Part shown: positions 39,848-51,533 of the stretch, piece by piece | Layout of the letters: each line of letters begins with the position of its first letter | Position numbering within the stretch: the first letter of the stretch is position 1 | NCBI RefSeq assembly: GCF_058153355.1 | Contig: NZ_CM177019.1 | DNA: 64,000 nt | Direction: 5' to 3' (one strand) | The notes under the pieces: model-generated | Told to the model about the DNA's origin: nothing | Databases searched by the model: none | The model's input: only the letters and a program-made list of their open reading frames with translations | Translations under genes and position numbers: made by a program

Positions 39848-40523
39848 TATTCGTGAAGCACATGCGCGCGGCGAACAGGCAATGTCTGTGGTTCTGCGCG
39901 CCAGCATTATTACCCCGGAAGCCCGCGAAGTGGCGGACTTGCTGGGGTTTACCATCACCGAATGCACTGAATCGACGCCAGTAGCGGCATCTGTTCCCGT
40001 CAGCGTGCCTGCCGATAAAACTGAAAGCCAGCGTATCCGCGAAACCATCATCGCCCAGCTGCCGGAAGGCCAGTTTACCGAAAGCCTGGTCGCGCAGCTG
40101 ATGGAAAAAGTGATGAAGGAAAAACAGTCGCTGGAGCAGGGGGCAATGCAGCCGAGTTTTAAATCGGTGACCGGCAAAGGCGGCATCAAAGTTATTGATG
40201 GCAGCAGCGTGAAGTTTGGTCGTTTCGATGGCGCGGAACCGCACTGCGTAGGCTTGACTGATCTCGTGACCGGAGACGACGGCAGCAGCATGGCCGCCGG
40301 TTTTATGCAGTGGGAGAACGCCTTCTTCCCGTGGACCCTGAACTACGACGAAATCGACATGGTACTGGAAGGGGAGCTTCATGTTCGCCATGAAGGCGAA
40401 ACCATGATCGCTAAAGCAGGCGACGTGATGTTTATCCCGAAAGGTTCCAGCATCGAATTTGGTACGACATCCAGTGTGAAATTCCTGTATGTCGCCTGGC
40501 CGGCTAACTGGCAATCCCTATGA
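39822..40523 (+). CDS. eutQ: Ethanolamine utilisation cupin protein EutQ
   Basis: 233-aa ORF; operon position. Confidence 0.88.
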   Translation: MKKLITANDIREAHARGEQAMSVVLRASIITPEAREVADLLGFTITECTESTPVAASVPVSVPADKTESQRIRETIIAQLPEGQFTESLVAQLMEKVMKEKQSLEQGAMQPSFKSVTGKGGIKVIDGSSVKFGRFDGAEPHCVGLTDLVTGDDGSSMAAGFMQWENAFFPWTLNYDEIDMVLEGELHVRHEGETMIAKAGDVMFIPKGSSIEFGTTSSVKFLYVAWPANWQSL

Positions 40524-41323
40524 AAGATTTCATCACCGAAGCATGGCTAAGAGCGAACCATACGCTCAGCGAAGGCGCAGAGATCCATCTCCCTGCGGAC
40601 AGTCGCCTGACGCCCTCTGCCCGGGAGTTACTGGAAAGCCGCCATCTGCGCATCAAGTTTATTGACGAGCAGGGCCGCCTGTTTGTTGACGATGAACAGC
40701 AGCAGCTACAGCCCGTTCACGTGCTGACCAGTAGTGATGAACATCCGCAGGCGTGCTGCGAACTGTGTCACCAGCCAGTGGCGAAAAAGCCGGACACGCT
40801 GACTCACCTGTCGGCGGAAAAAATGGTCGCCAAAAGCGATCCGCGCCTGGGTTTTCGCGCTGTTCTCGACAGCACCATTGCGCTGGTAGTGTGGCTGCAA
40901 ATTGAACTGACAGAACCGTGGCAGCCGTGGCTGGCAGATATCCGTTCGCGTCTTGGCAACATTATGCGTGCCGATGTGTTGGGCGAACCGCTGGCCTGCC
41001 AGGCGATTGTCGGGCTTTCTGACGAAGATCTGCATCGGCTTTCTCACCAGCCGCTGCGCTATCTTGGTCACGATCATCTGGTGCCGGAAGCCAGCCACGG
41101 ACGCGATGCGGCGTTGCTGAATCTGCTACGCACCAAAGTGCGGGAAACCGAAACCGTCGCGGCGCAGGTGTTTATTACCCGTAGTTTTGAAGTATTACGC
41201 CCGGACATCTTGCAGGCGCTGAACCGCCTTTCCAGCACGGTTTACGTGATGATGATTTTGAGCGTAACGAAGCAGCCGCTAACGGTGAAGCAGATCCAAC
41301 AACGACTGGGGGAAACGCAATGA
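40520..41323 (+). CDS. eutT: Ethanolamine corrinoid adenosyltransferase EutT
   Basis: 267-aa ORF; overlapping stop/start with eutQ and eutD. Confidence 0.88.
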   Translation: MKDFITEAWLRANHTLSEGAEIHLPADSRLTPSARELLESRHLRIKFIDEQGRLFVDDEQQQLQPVHVLTSSDEHPQACCELCHQPVAKKPDTLTHLSAEKMVAKSDPRLGFRAVLDSTIALVVWLQIELTEPWQPWLADIRSRLGNIMRADVLGEPLACQAIVGLSDEDLHRLSHQPLRYLGHDHLVPEASHGRDAALLNLLRTKVRETETVAAQVFITRSFEVLRPDILQALNRLSSTVYVMMILSVTKQPLTVKQIQQRLGETQ

Positions 41324-42336
41324 TTATTGAACGTTGTCGTGAACTGGCGTTGCGAGCGCCCGCCACAGTGGTATTTCCGGATGCGTTAGATCAACGTGTG
41401 CTGAAAGCTGCGCAATATTTACATCAACAAGGTCTGGCAACGCCCATTCTGGTCGCCAATCCGTTTGAACTTCGTCAGTTTGCGCTCAGTCACGGCGTGG
41501 CGATGGACGGGCTACAGGTGATAGATCCGCATGGCAACCTCGCAATGCGGGAAGAATTTGCTCTCCGCTGGCTGGCCCGTGCGGGCGAAAAAACGCCGCC
41601 GGATGCGCTGGAAAAACTCACCGATCCGCTGATGTTCGCTGCCGCAATGGTCAGCGCCGGGACAGCGGATGTCTGTATCGCGGGCAATCTCTCTTCCACG
41701 GCAAATGTGCTGCGTGCCGGATTACGCATTATTGGCTTACAGCCAGGCTGTAAAACGCTCTCCTCCATTTTCCTGATGCTGCCACAGTACAGTGGCCCCG
41801 CATTGGGCTTTGCCGATTGCAGCGTAGTGCCACAGCCGACGGCGGCACAACTGGCGGATATCGCGCTTGCCAGCGCCGAAACCTGGCGCGCCATCACCGG
41901 AGAAGAGCCGCGCGTGGCGATGTTGTCGTTTTCCAGTAACGGCAGCGCCCGTCACCCCTGCGTTGCCAACGTCCAGCAGGCGACAGAAATCGTCCGTGAG
42001 CGCGCACCGCAGCTGGTCGTCGATGGCGAGTTGCAGTTTGACGCCGCCTTTGTGCCGGAAGTGGCGGCGCAAAAAGCGCCAGCCAGCCTGCTACAGGGCA
42101 AAGCCAATGTGATGGTTTTTCCGTCGCTGGAGGCGGGAAATATTGGCTACAAAATCGCACAACGACTTGGCGGATATCGTGCCGTCGGGCCATTGATACA
42201 AGGACTTGCCGCGCCGATGCACGATCTCTCTCGTGGTTGTAGCGTGCAGGAAATTATCGAGCTGGCGCTGGTGGCAGCTGTGCCGCGTCAGACAAAAGTG
42301 AACCGCGAAAGCAGTTTACAAACACTGGTTGAATGA
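41320..42336 (+). CDS. eutD: Phosphotransacetylase EutD
   Basis: 338-aa PTA-family ORF. Confidence 0.9.
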   Translation: MIIERCRELALRAPATVVFPDALDQRVLKAAQYLHQQGLATPILVANPFELRQFALSHGVAMDGLQVIDPHGNLAMREEFALRWLARAGEKTPPDALEKLTDPLMFAAAMVSAGTADVCIAGNLSSTANVLRAGLRIIGLQPGCKTLSSIFLMLPQYSGPALGFADCSVVPQPTAAQLADIALASAETWRAITGEEPRVAMLSFSSNGSARHPCVANVQQATEIVRERAPQLVVDGELQFDAAFVPEVAAQKAPASLLQGKANVMVFPSLEAGNIGYKIAQRLGGYRAVGPLIQGLAAPMHDLSRGCSVQEIIELALVAAVPRQTKVNRESSLQTLVE

Positions 42337-42374
42337 ACGGTCCCGTTCTGGACCCCTATAAAGAGGAAAACACA

Positions 42375-42668
42375 ATGGAAGCATTAGGAATGATCGAAAC
42401 CCGGGGCCTGGTTGCACTGATTGAGGCTTCTGATGCGATGGTGAAAGCTGCGCGCGTCAAACTGGTTGGTGTTAAGCAGATTGGCGGCGGCCTGTGTACT
42501 GCCATGGTTCGCGGTGATGTTGCAGCCTGTAAAGCCGCGACCGATGCCGGTGCCGCAGCGGCACAGCGTATCGGTGAACTGGTATCCGTACATGTTATTC
42601 CGCGTCCGCACGGCGACCTGGAAGAAGTTTTCCCGATCGGCCTGAAAGGCGATAGCAGCAACCTGTAA
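42375..42668 (+). CDS. eutM: Ethanolamine microcompartment major shell protein EutM
   Basis: [32 protein letters not shown]..., 97 aa, canonical BMC-H. Confidence 0.9.
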   Translation: MEALGMIETRGLVALIEASDAMVKAARVKLVGVKQIGGGLCTAMVRGDVAACKAATDAGAAAAQRIGELVSVHVIPRPHGDLEEVFPIGLKGDSSNL

Positions 42669-42773
42669 TCACCCTGTGTGACGTCGATTCGGGCGTCACG
42701 CTCTCTCCTTTTTCAGTTTACCTTCCGCGGAGGGTAGGGGAGCTTTTACCTGAAATACGCCACGGAGGCGGGT
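42669..42773 (+). promoter_or_regulatory. Structured eutM-eutN intergenic spacer (intra-operon hairpin)
   Basis: 105-nt gap in an otherwise tightly packed operon; contains GTGACG-tcgattcggg-CGTCAC stem-loop about 10 nt after the eutM stop. Confidence 0.4.
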
Positions 42774-43061
42774 ATGAAACTGGCAGTCGTCACAGGACAA
42801 ATTGTTTGTACCGTACGCCATCACGGACTGGCGCATGACAAATTGCTGATGGTGGAAATGATTGATCCACAAGGTAATCCTGATGGGCAATGTGCTGTCG
42901 CCATCGACAATATTGGCGCGGGAACCGGGGAGTGGGTGTTGCTGGTGAGTGGCAGTTCCGCCCGCCAGGCGCATAAAAGCGAAACGTCACCGGTCGATCT
43001 GTGCGTAATTGGCATTGTCGATGAGGTGGTCTCTGGCGGTCAGGTAATTTTCCACAAATAA
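42774..43061 (+). CDS. eutN: Ethanolamine microcompartment vertex protein EutN
   Basis: 95-aa ORF MKLAVVTGQIVCTVRHHGL..., EutN/CcmL family. Confidence 0.9.
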   Translation: MKLAVVTGQIVCTVRHHGLAHDKLLMVEMIDPQGNPDGQCAVAIDNIGAGTGEWVLLVSGSSARQAHKSETSPVDLCVIGIVDEVVSGGQVIFHK

Positions 43062-43072
43062 GGCAGAACATC

Positions 43073-44476
43073 ATGAATCAACAGGATATTGAACAGGTGG
43101 TGAAAGCGGTACTGCTGAAAATGCAAAGCAGTGACACGTCGCCCGCCGCCGTTCATGAGATGGGCGTTTTTGCTTCCCTGGATGACGCCGTTGCGGCGGC
43201 CAAAATTGCCCAGCAAGGGTTAAAAAGCGTGGCAATGCGCCAGTTAGCCATTGCTGCCATTCGTGAAGCAGGCGAAAAACACGCCAGAGATTTAGCGGAA
43301 CTTGCCGTCAGTGAAACGGGTATGGGCCGCGTAGAAGATAAATTTGCCAAAAACGTCGCTCAGGCACGCGGTACGCCAGGCGTTGAGTGCCTCTCTCCAC
43401 AGGTGCTGACCGGTGACAACGGCCTGACTTTAATTGAAAACGCGCCCTGGGGCGTGGTGGCTTCGGTGACGCCTTCCACTAACCCGGCGGCAACCGTAAT
43501 TAATAACGCCATCAGCCTGATTGCCGCGGGCAACAGCGTCATTTTTGCCCCGCATCCGGCGGCGAAAAAAGTCTCTCAACGGGCTATTACGTTGCTCAAC
43601 CAGGCGATTGTTGCCGCAGGCGGGCCGGAAAACTTACTGGTTACTGTGGCAAATCCAGATATCGAAACCGCGCAACGCTTATTCAAGTTTCCGGGCATCG
43701 GTCTGTTGGTGGTGACCGGCGGCGAAGCGGTAGTGGAAGCGGCGCGCAAACACACCAATAAACGTCTGATTGCCGCAGGTGCTGGCAACCCGCCGGTGGT
43801 GGTGGATGAAACCGCCGACCTCGCCCGTGCCGCTCAGTCCATCGTCAAAGGCGCTTCTTTCGATAACAACATCATTTGTGCCGATGAAAAGGTACTGATT
43901 GTTGTTGATAGCGTAGCCGATGAACTAATGCGTCTGATGGAAGGCCAGCACGCGGTGAAACTGACCGCAGAACAGGCGCAGCAGCTACAACCGGTGTTGC
44001 TGAAAAATATCGATGAGTGCGGAAAAGGCACCGTCAGCCGTGACTGGGTGGGTCGCGATGCGGCGAAAATCGCGGCGGCAATCGGCCTGAACGTGCCGCA
44101 AGAAACGCGCTTGCTGTTTATAGAAACCCCCGCAGAACATCCGTTTGCCGTGACCGAACTGATGATGCCAGTGCTGCCGGTCGTGCGCGTCGCCAACGTG
44201 GCGGATGCCATTGCGCTGGCGGTGAAACTGGAAGGCGGTTGCCACCACACGGCGGCAATGCACTCGCGCAATATCGAGAACATGAACCAAATGGCGAACG
44301 CCATTGAAACCAGTATTTTCGTTAAGAACGGACCGTGCATTGCCGGGCTGGGGCTGGGCGGGGAAGGCTGGACCACGATGACCATCACTACGCCAACCGG
44401 TGAAGGGGTAACCAGCGCGCGTACGTTTGTCCGTCTGCGTCGCTGTGTATTAGTCGATGCGTTTCGCATTGTTTAA
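43073..44476 (+). CDS. eutE: CoA-acylating acetaldehyde dehydrogenase EutE
   Basis: 467-aa aldehyde dehydrogenase ORF. Confidence 0.9.
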   Translation: MNQQDIEQVVKAVLLKMQSSDTSPAAVHEMGVFASLDDAVAAAKIAQQGLKSVAMRQLAIAAIREAGEKHARDLAELAVSETGMGRVEDKFAKNVAQARGTPGVECLSPQVLTGDNGLTLIENAPWGVVASVTPSTNPAATVINNAISLIAAGNSVIFAPHPAAKKVSQRAITLLNQAIVAAGGPENLLVTVANPDIETAQRLFKFPGIGLLVVTGGEAVVEAARKHTNKRLIAAGAGNPPVVVDETADLARAAQSIVKGASFDNNIICADEKVLIVVDSVADELMRLMEGQHAVKLTAEQAQQLQPVLLKNIDECGKGTVSRDWVGRDAAKIAAAIGLNVPQETRLLFIETPAEHPFAVTELMMPVLPVVRVANVADAIALAVKLEGGCHHTAAMHSRNIENMNQMANAIETSIFVKNGPCIAGLGLGGEGWTTMTITTPTGEGVTSARTFVRLRRCVLVDAFRIV

Positions 44477-44486
44477 GGAGTAACCG

Positions 44487-45323
44487 ATGGCGCATGACGA
44501 ACAATGGCTTACCCCGCGGCTGCAAACGGCGGCAACGCTGTGTAACCAGACGCCCGCCGCGTCGGAATCTCCGCTGTGGTTGGGGGTGGATCTGGGCACC
44601 TGCGATGTGGTGTCGATGGTTGTCGACGGCGACGGTCAGCCGGTGGCGGTATGCCTCGACTGGGCCGATGTGGTACGCGACGGCATCGTCTGGGATTTCT
44701 TCGGTGCAGTTACGATTGTTCGTCGCCATCTCGATACCCTCGAGCAGCAATTTGGTCGCCGTTTTAGCCGTGCGGCGACTTCATTTCCACCAGGTACGGA
44801 TCCGCGTATTTCCATCAATGTGCTGGAGTCTGCCGGGCTGGAAGTGAGCCATGTGCTGGATGAGCCAACCGCAGTCGCGGATCTGCTGCAACTGGACAAC
44901 GCCGGTGTAGTGGATATTGGCGGCGGCACTACCGGAATTGCCATCGTGAAAAAGGGCAAGGTGACTTATTCAGCGGATGAAGCGACCGGCGGACATCACA
45001 TTTCTCTGACTCTCGCCGGAAATCGCCGTATTTCGCTGGAAGAGGCAGAGCAGTACAAGCGCGGTCACGGTGACGAGATTTGGCCTGCGGTGAAGCCGGT
45101 GTACGAAAAAATGGCGGACATTGTTGCCCGACATATTGAAGGGCAGGGCATTACTGATTTATGGCTGGCGGGCGGTTCCTGTATGCAACCGGGCGTGGCG
45201 GAGCTGTTTCGCAAACAATTCCCGGCGTTACAGGTGTATTTACCGCAGCACAGTTTGTTTATGACCCCACTGGCGATCGCCAGTAGCGGGCGAGAGAAAG
45301 CGGAGGGGCTATATGCAAAATGA
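44487..45323 (+). CDS. eutJ: Ethanolamine utilisation chaperone-like EutJ
   Basis: 278-aa actin/Hsp70-fold ORF. Confidence 0.88.
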   Translation: MAHDEQWLTPRLQTAATLCNQTPAASESPLWLGVDLGTCDVVSMVVDGDGQPVAVCLDWADVVRDGIVWDFFGAVTIVRRHLDTLEQQFGRRFSRAATSFPPGTDPRISINVLESAGLEVSHVLDEPTAVADLLQLDNAGVVDIGGGTTGIAIVKKGKVTYSADEATGGHHISLTLAGNRRISLEEAEQYKRGHGDEIWPAVKPVYEKMADIVARHIEGQGITDLWLAGGSCMQPGVAELFRKQFPALQVYLPQHSLFMTPLAIASSGREKAEGLYAK

Positions 45324-46500
45324 ATTGCAGACCGCGCTCTTTCAGGCGTTCGATACCCTGAATCTGCAACGGGTAAAAACATTTAGCGTTCCACCGGTGA
45401 CGCTTTGCGGTCCGGGCGCGGTGAGCAGTTGCGGACAGCAAGCGCAAACGCGTGGGCTGAAACATCTGTTCGTGATGGCAGACAGCTTTTTGCATCAGGC
45501 AGGGATGACCGCCGGGCTGACGCGTAGCCTGGCCGTTAAAGGTATCGCCATGACGCTCTGGCCATGTCCGGTGGGCGAACCGTGCATCACTGACGTGTGT
45601 GCAGCCGTGGCGCAGTTGCGTGAATCAGGCTGTGATGGGGTGATCGCGTTTGGCGGTGGCTCGGTGCTGGATGCGGCAAAAGCCGTGGCGTTGCTGGTAA
45701 CGAATCCCGATAGCACGCTGGCAGAAATGTCAGAAACCAGCGTTCTGCAACCGCGCCTGCCGTTGATTGCCATTCCAACTACCGCCGGAACCGGCTCTGA
45801 AACCACCAATGTAACGGTGATTATCGACGCGGTGAGCGGGCGCAAGCAGGTGTTAGCACATGCCTCGTTGATGCCGGATGTGGCGATTCTCGACGCCGCG
45901 CTGACCGAAGGTGTGCCGTCGCATGTCACGGCAATGACCGGTATCGACGCGTTAACCCATGCTATTGAAGCGTACAGCGCGCTGTACGCTACACCGTTTA
46001 CCGACAGCCTAGCGATTGGTGCCATTGCGATGATTGGCAAATCGCTGCCGAAAGCGGTGGGCTACGGTCATGACCTTGCCGCGCGCGAGAGCATGTTACT
46101 GGCTTCATGTATGGCGGGAATGGCATTTTCCAGTGCCGGACTTGGGTTATGTCACGCGATGGCGCATCAGCCGGGGGCGGCGCTGCATATTCCGCACGGA
46201 CTGGCGAACGCCATGCTGCTGCCCACGGTGATGGAGTTTAACCGGATGGTCTGTCGCGAACGGTTTAGTCAGATTGGTCGGGCGCTGCGAACTAAAAAAT
46301 CAGACGATCGTGACGCTATTAACGCGGTAAGTGAGCTGATTGCGGAAGTCGGGATTGGTAAACGACTGGGCGATGTTGGTGCGGCATCTGCGCATTACGG
46401 CGCATGGGCGCAGGCCGCGCTGGAAGATATTTGTCTGCGCAGCAACCCGCGTACCGCCAGCCTGGAGCAGATTGTCGGCTTGTACGCAGCGGCGCAATAA
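45313..46500 (+). CDS. eutG: Iron-containing alcohol dehydrogenase EutG
   Basis: 395-aa Fe-ADH ORF. Confidence 0.9.
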   Translation: MQNELQTALFQAFDTLNLQRVKTFSVPPVTLCGPGAVSSCGQQAQTRGLKHLFVMADSFLHQAGMTAGLTRSLAVKGIAMTLWPCPVGEPCITDVCAAVAQLRESGCDGVIAFGGGSVLDAAKAVALLVTNPDSTLAEMSETSVLQPRLPLIAIPTTAGTGSETTNVTVIIDAVSGRKQVLAHASLMPDVAILDAALTEGVPSHVTAMTGIDALTHAIEAYSALYATPFTDSLAIGAIAMIGKSLPKAVGYGHDLAARESMLLASCMAGMAFSSAGLGLCHAMAHQPGAALHIPHGLANAMLLPTVMEFNRMVCRERFSQIGRALRTKKSDDRDAINAVSELIAEVGIGKRLGDVGAASAHYGAWAQAALEDICLRSNPRTASLEQIVGLYAAAQ

Positions 46501-46595
<95 letters not shown>

Positions 46596-46616
46596 AACTA
46601 ACAGGGAGTAAAGGCG

Positions 46617-47843
46617 ATGGGAATTAACGAAATCATCATGTACATCATGATGTTCTTTATGCTGATAGCTGCCGTGGACAGGATCCTGTCGCAGTTCGGC
46701 GGTTCTGCTCGTTTCCTCGGTAAGTTCGGTAAAAGTATCGAAGGATCAGGCGGTCAGTTCGAAGAAGGCTTTATGGCAATGGGCGCTCTGGGCCTGGCGA
46801 TGGTCGGTATGACCGCGCTGGCACCGGTACTGGCTCACGTACTCGGGCCGGTAATTATCCCGGTTTACGAAATGCTCGGCGCAAACCCGTCAATGTTCGC
46901 CGGAACGCTGCTGGCGTGCGATATGGGCGGCTTCTTCCTCGCCAAAGAGCTGGCGGGCGGCGACGTAGCAGCGTGGCTATACTCTGGGTTAATTCTCGGG
47001 TCGATGATGGGGCCAACGATTGTGTTTTCCATTCCGGTGGCGCTCGGCATTATCGAACCTTCTGACCGTCGTTATCTGGCGCTCGGCGTGCTGGCGGGCA
47101 TTGTGACCATTCCGATTGGCTGTATTGCTGGTGGTCTGGTGGCTATGTACTCCGGTGTGCAGATCAACGGTCAGCCGGTGGAATTCACCTTTGCCCTGAT
47201 CCTGATGAACATGATCCCGGTACTTATCGTTGCGGTGCTGGTGGCGCTGGGGCTGAAATTCATCCCGGAAAAAATGATCAACGGCTTCCAGATCTTCGCC
47301 AAATTCCTCGTTGCATTGATCACCCTCGGTCTTGCTGCCGCGGTAGTGAAATTCCTGCTCGGTTGGGAACTGATCCCCGGTCTGGATCCGATCTTCATGG
47401 CCCCTGGCGATAAACCCGGTGAAGTGATGCGCGCCATTGAAGTTATCGGTTCTATCTCCTGCGTGCTGTTAGGGGCGTATCCGATGGTGCTGCTGCTGAC
47501 CCGCTGGTTTGAAAAACCGCTGATGAGCGTCGGTAAAGTGCTGAATATGAACAACATCGCGGCAGCCGGCATGGTGGCAACGCTTGCCAACAACATCCCG
47601 ATGTTTGGCATGATGAAGCAGATGGATACCCGCGGCAAAGTCATCAACTGTGCCTTCGCCGTTTCCGCTGCTTTCGCCCTGGGTGACCACTTAGGCTTCG
47701 CCGCTGCCAACATGAACGCCATGATCTTCCCGATGATTGTCGGCAAGTTGATCGGCGGCGTAACGGCGATTGGCGTGGCGATGATGCTGGTGCCAAAAGA
47801 AGACGCGACCGCGGCTAAAACCGAAGCGGAGGCACAATCGTGA
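46617..47843 (+). CDS. eutH: Ethanolamine permease EutH
   Basis: 408-aa polytopic membrane ORF. Confidence 0.9.
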   Translation: MGINEIIMYIMMFFMLIAAVDRILSQFGGSARFLGKFGKSIEGSGGQFEEGFMAMGALGLAMVGMTALAPVLAHVLGPVIIPVYEMLGANPSMFAGTLLACDMGGFFLAKELAGGDVAAWLYSGLILGSMMGPTIVFSIPVALGIIEPSDRRYLALGVLAGIVTIPIGCIAGGLVAMYSGVQINGQPVEFTFALILMNMIPVLIVAVLVALGLKFIPEKMINGFQIFAKFLVALITLGLAAAVVKFLLGWELIPGLDPIFMAPGDKPGEVMRAIEVIGSISCVLLGAYPMVLLLTRWFEKPLMSVGKVLNMNNIAAAGMVATLANNIPMFGMMKQMDTRGKVINCAFAVSAAFALGDHLGFAAANMNAMIFPMIVGKLIGGVTAIGVAMMLVPKEDATAAKTEAEAQS

Positions 47844-49243
47844 ACACTCGCCAGCTACTGAGCGTCGGTATCGATATCGGCACTACCACCACCCAGGTGA
47901 TCTTCTCCCACCTGGAGCTGGTTAACCGTGCGGCGGTGTCGCAGGTGCCGCGCTACGAATTCATCAAACGCGAAATTAGCTGGCAAAGCCCGGTGTTCTT
48001 TACCCCTGTCGATAAACTGGGCGGTTTAAAAGAAGCGGAACTGAAAACCTTAATCCTCGAGCAATATCAGGCTGCGGGCATTGCGCCGGAAAGCGTTGAT
48101 TCTGGTGCCATCATCATCACCGGTGAAAGCGCGAAAACCCGCAATGCTCGCCCGGCGGTGATGACGCTCTCTCAGTCGCTGGGCGATTTTGTCGTTGCCA
48201 GCGCTGGGCCGCATCTCGAATCCGTGATCGCCGGTCACGGTGCTGGGGCGCAAACCCTTTCTGAACAACGGTTATGTCGGGTACTGAATATTGACATCGG
48301 CGGTGGCACCGCGAACTACGCTTTGTTCGATGCCGGAAAAATCAGCGGCACTGCCTGCCTTAACGTCGGCGGTCGCCTGCTGGAAACCGACAGCCAGGGG
48401 CGCGTGGTTTACGCTCATAAACCGGGGCAGATGATAGTGGATGAGTGCTTTGGTGCAGGCACTGACGCCCGTTCACTGACCGGCGCGCAGCTGGTGCAGG
48501 TTACCCGGCGGATGGCGGAACTGATTGTCGAAGTGATTGACGGAACGCTCTCGCCGCTCGCGCAGGCATTGATGCAAACCGGTTTGCTGCCCGCAGGTGT
48601 TACGCCCGAAATCATTACGCTTTCTGGCGGCGTGGGCGAATGTTATCGCCACCAGCCCGCTGACCCGTTCTGTTTTGCCGATATTGGCCCGCTTCTGGCA
48701 ACGGCGCTGCATGAGCATCCTCGTCTGCGTGAGATGAACGTGCAGTTTCCAGCGCAAACCGTGCGCGCCACGGTGATTGGCGCGGGCGCACATACTCTTT
48801 CGCTCTCTGGCAGCACAATCTGGCTGGAGGGGGTACAACTGCCGCTGCGCAATTTGCCGGTGGCGATCCCAATTGATGAAACGGATCTGGTGAGTGCCTG
48901 GCAACAGGCGCTGATTCAGCTGGATCTTGATCCCAAAACTGACGCGTACGTGCTGGCGCTTCCCGCCTCGCTGCCTGTGCGTTACGCCGCGGTACTGACG
49001 GTCATCAACGCGCTGGTCGATTTCGTCGCGCGTTTTCCGAATCCGCATCCCCTGCTGGTGGTGGCCGGGCAGGACTTTGGTAAAGCTCTGGGCATGTTGT
49101 TGCGCCCACAGCTACAACAACTCCCGTTGGCAGTCATTGACGAAGTGATTGTCCGCGCGGGGGACTATATCGACATTGGTACGCCTCTTTTTGGCGGATC
49201 GGTTGTGCCGGTGACGGTGAAATCACTCGCATTTCCTTCCTGA
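47840..49243 (+). CDS. eutA: Ethanolamine ammonia-lyase reactivase EutA
   Basis: 467-aa ORF; stop is 12 bp before eutB start. Confidence 0.9.
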   Translation: MNTRQLLSVGIDIGTTTTQVIFSHLELVNRAAVSQVPRYEFIKREISWQSPVFFTPVDKLGGLKEAELKTLILEQYQAAGIAPESVDSGAIIITGESAKTRNARPAVMTLSQSLGDFVVASAGPHLESVIAGHGAGAQTLSEQRLCRVLNIDIGGGTANYALFDAGKISGTACLNVGGRLLETDSQGRVVYAHKPGQMIVDECFGAGTDARSLTGAQLVQVTRRMAELIVEVIDGTLSPLAQALMQTGLLPAGVTPEIITLSGGVGECYRHQPADPFCFADIGPLLATALHEHPRLREMNVQFPAQTVRATVIGAGAHTLSLSGSTIWLEGVQLPLRNLPVAIPIDETDLVSAWQQALIQLDLDPKTDAYVLALPASLPVRYAAVLTVINALVDFVARFPNPHPLLVVAGQDFGKALGMLLRPQLQQLPLAVIDEVIVRAGDYIDIGTPLFGGSVVPVTVKSLAFPS

Positions 49244-49254
49244 GGGAACGACTT

Positions 49255-50616
49255 ATGAAACTAAAGACCACATTGTTCGGCAATGTATATCAGTTTAAGG
49301 ATGTAAAAGAGGTGCTGGCTAAAGCCAACGAACTTCGTTCGGGGGATGTGCTGGCGGGCGTTGCAGCGGCAAGCTCACAGGAGCGCGTGGCGGCAAAGCA
49401 GGTGTTGTCGGAAATGACTGTAGCGGATATCCGCAATAATCCGGTGATTGCCTATGAAGATGACTGCGTGACGCGACTGATTCAGGACGACGTTAACGAA
49501 ACGGCCTACAACCAGATTAAAAACTGGAGCATCAGCGAACTGCGTGAGTATGTGCTGAGTGATGAAACCAGCGTTGGCGACATTGCTTTTACCCGCAAAG
49601 GGCTGACCTCGGAAGTGGTCGCGGCGGTAGCGAAGATTTGCTCTAACGCGGACCTGATCTACGGCGCGAAGAAAATGCCGGTAATCAAAAAGGCCAATAC
49701 AACTATTGGTATTCCGGGCACCTTCAGCGCCCGTTTGCAGCCAAACGATACCCGCGACGACGTGCAAAGTATCGCCGCGCAAATCTACGAAGGGCTTTCT
49801 TTCGGGGTGGGCGATGCGGTGATCGGCGTTAACCCGGTGACTGACGACGTGGAAAACTTAAGCCGCGTGCTGGATACCATCTATGGCGTGATCGACAAAT
49901 TCAACATTCCGACCCAGGGCTGCGTGCTGGCGCACGTTACTACCCAGATTGAAGCGATCCGTCGCGGCGCGCCGGGCGGGCTGATTTTCCAGAGCATCTG
50001 CGGCAGCGAAAAAGGGCTGAAAGAGTTTGGCGTAGAGCTGGCGATGCTCGACGAAGCGCGCGCAGTGGGCGCGGAGTTCAACCGTATCGCCGGGGAAAAC
50101 TGCCTCTACTTCGAAACCGGGCAAGGCTCGGCGCTATCCGCTGGCGCTAACTTCGGCGCTGACCAGGTGACGATGGAAGCACGTAACTATGGGCTGGCGC
50201 GTCATTATGATCCGTTTATCGTCAACACCGTGGTCGGTTTTATTGGGCCGGAGTATCTCTACAACGACCGCCAGATTATCCGTGCTGGCTTAGAAGATCA
50301 CTTTATGGGCAAGCTGAGCGGCATCTCTATGGGCTGTGACTGCTGCTACACCAACCACGCTGACGCTGACCAGAACCTCAACGAAAACCTGATGATCCTG
50401 CTCGCCACCGCAGGCTGCAACTACATCATGGGGATGCCGCTGGGTGATGACATCATGCTCAACTACCAGACCACCGCATTCCACGATACCGCCACTGTGC
50501 GTCAGTTACTCAACCTGCGCCCGTCACCGGAGTTTGAACGCTGGCTGGAAAGCATGGGCATTATGGCAAACGGTCGCCTGACCAAACGGGCGGGCGATCC
50601 GTCACTGTTCTTCTGA
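49255..50616 (+). CDS. eutB: Ethanolamine ammonia-lyase large subunit EutB
   Basis: 453-aa ORF MKLKTTLFGNVYQFKDVKEVLAKANE... Confidence 0.92.
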   Translation: MKLKTTLFGNVYQFKDVKEVLAKANELRSGDVLAGVAAASSQERVAAKQVLSEMTVADIRNNPVIAYEDDCVTRLIQDDVNETAYNQIKNWSISELREYVLSDETSVGDIAFTRKGLTSEVVAAVAKICSNADLIYGAKKMPVIKKANTTIGIPGTFSARLQPNDTRDDVQSIAAQIYEGLSFGVGDAVIGVNPVTDDVENLSRVLDTIYGVIDKFNIPTQGCVLAHVTTQIEAIRRGAPGGLIFQSICGSEKGLKEFGVELAMLDEARAVGAEFNRIAGENCLYFETGQGSALSAGANFGADQVTMEARNYGLARHYDPFIVNTVVGFIGPEYLYNDRQIIRAGLEDHFMGKLSGISMGCDCCYTNHADADQNLNENLMILLATAGCNYIMGMPLGDDIMLNYQTTAFHDTATVRQLLNLRPSPEFERWLESMGIMANGRLTKRAGDPSLFF

Positions 50617-50636
50617 TGACGCGGAGATAACACATC

Positions 50637-51524
50637 ATGGATCAAAAACAGATTGAAGAAATTGTACGCAGCGTGATGGCGTCAATGGGACAAGCGGCCC
50701 CCGCGCCGTCAGAAGCAAAATGCGCCACTACCACCTGTGCAGCACCGGTGACCTCGGAAAGCTGCGCGCTGGATTTAGGTTCCGCGGAAGCAAAAGCGTG
50801 GATTGGCATTGAAAACCCGCATCGCGCAGACGTATTAACAGAACTGCGCCGCAGCACCGTGGCTCGCGTCTGTACCGGTCGTGCTGGTCCGCGTCCGCGT
50901 ACCCAGGCGTTGTTGCGTTTCCTGGCCGATCACTCTCGTTCGAAAGACACCGTACTGAAAGAAGTGCCGGAAGAGTGGGTGAAAGCGCAGGGCTTGCTGG
51001 AGGTCCGCTCTGAAATTAGCGACAAAAATCTCTATCTGACTCGCCCGGATATGGGCCGCCGCTTGTGTGCAGAGGCTGTTGAAGCGCTGAAAGCGCAGTG
51101 TGTTGCTAATCCGGACGTACAGGTGGTTATTTCCGATGGTCTATCTACTGATGCGATCACCGTGAACTATGAAGAGATTCTGCCACCGCTGATGGCGGGC
51201 CTGAAACAGGCCGGGTTGAAAGTCGGCACACCGTTCTTTGTGCGTTACGGTCGCGTGAAGATTGAAGATCAGATTGGCGAACTTCTTGGCGCGAAAGTGG
51301 TGATCCTGCTGGTGGGTGAACGTCCGGGGTTGGGGCAGTCAGAAAGTCTCTCCTGCTACGCCGTTTACTCGCCGCGTATGGTAACCACCGTTGAGGCCGA
51401 TCGCACCTGTATCTCTAACATTCACCAGGGCGGCACGCCGCCGGTTGAAGCCGCAGCCGTCATTGTGGATTTGGCGAAACGTATGCTGGAGCAGAAAGCA
51501 TCCGGCATCAACATGACCCGATAA
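50637..51524 (+). CDS. eutC: Ethanolamine ammonia-lyase small subunit EutC
   Basis: 295-aa ORF. Confidence 0.92.
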   Translation: MDQKQIEEIVRSVMASMGQAAPAPSEAKCATTTCAAPVTSESCALDLGSAEAKAWIGIENPHRADVLTELRRSTVARVCTGRAGPRPRTQALLRFLADHSRSKDTVLKEVPEEWVKAQGLLEVRSEISDKNLYLTRPDMGRRLCAEAVEALKAQCVANPDVQVVISDGLSTDAITVNYEEILPPLMAGLKQAGLKVGTPFFVRYGRVKIEDQIGELLGAKVVILLVGERPGLGQSESLSCYAVYSPRMVTTVEADRTCISNIHQGGTPPVEAAAVIVDLAKRMLEQKASGINMTR

Positions 51525-51533
51525 GGAGGCATC

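Noticed and set aside
49243-49255. Prophage integration between eutA and eutB (as in K-12)
   Set aside because: eutA and eutB are directly adjacent; no integrase or phage genes in the window.
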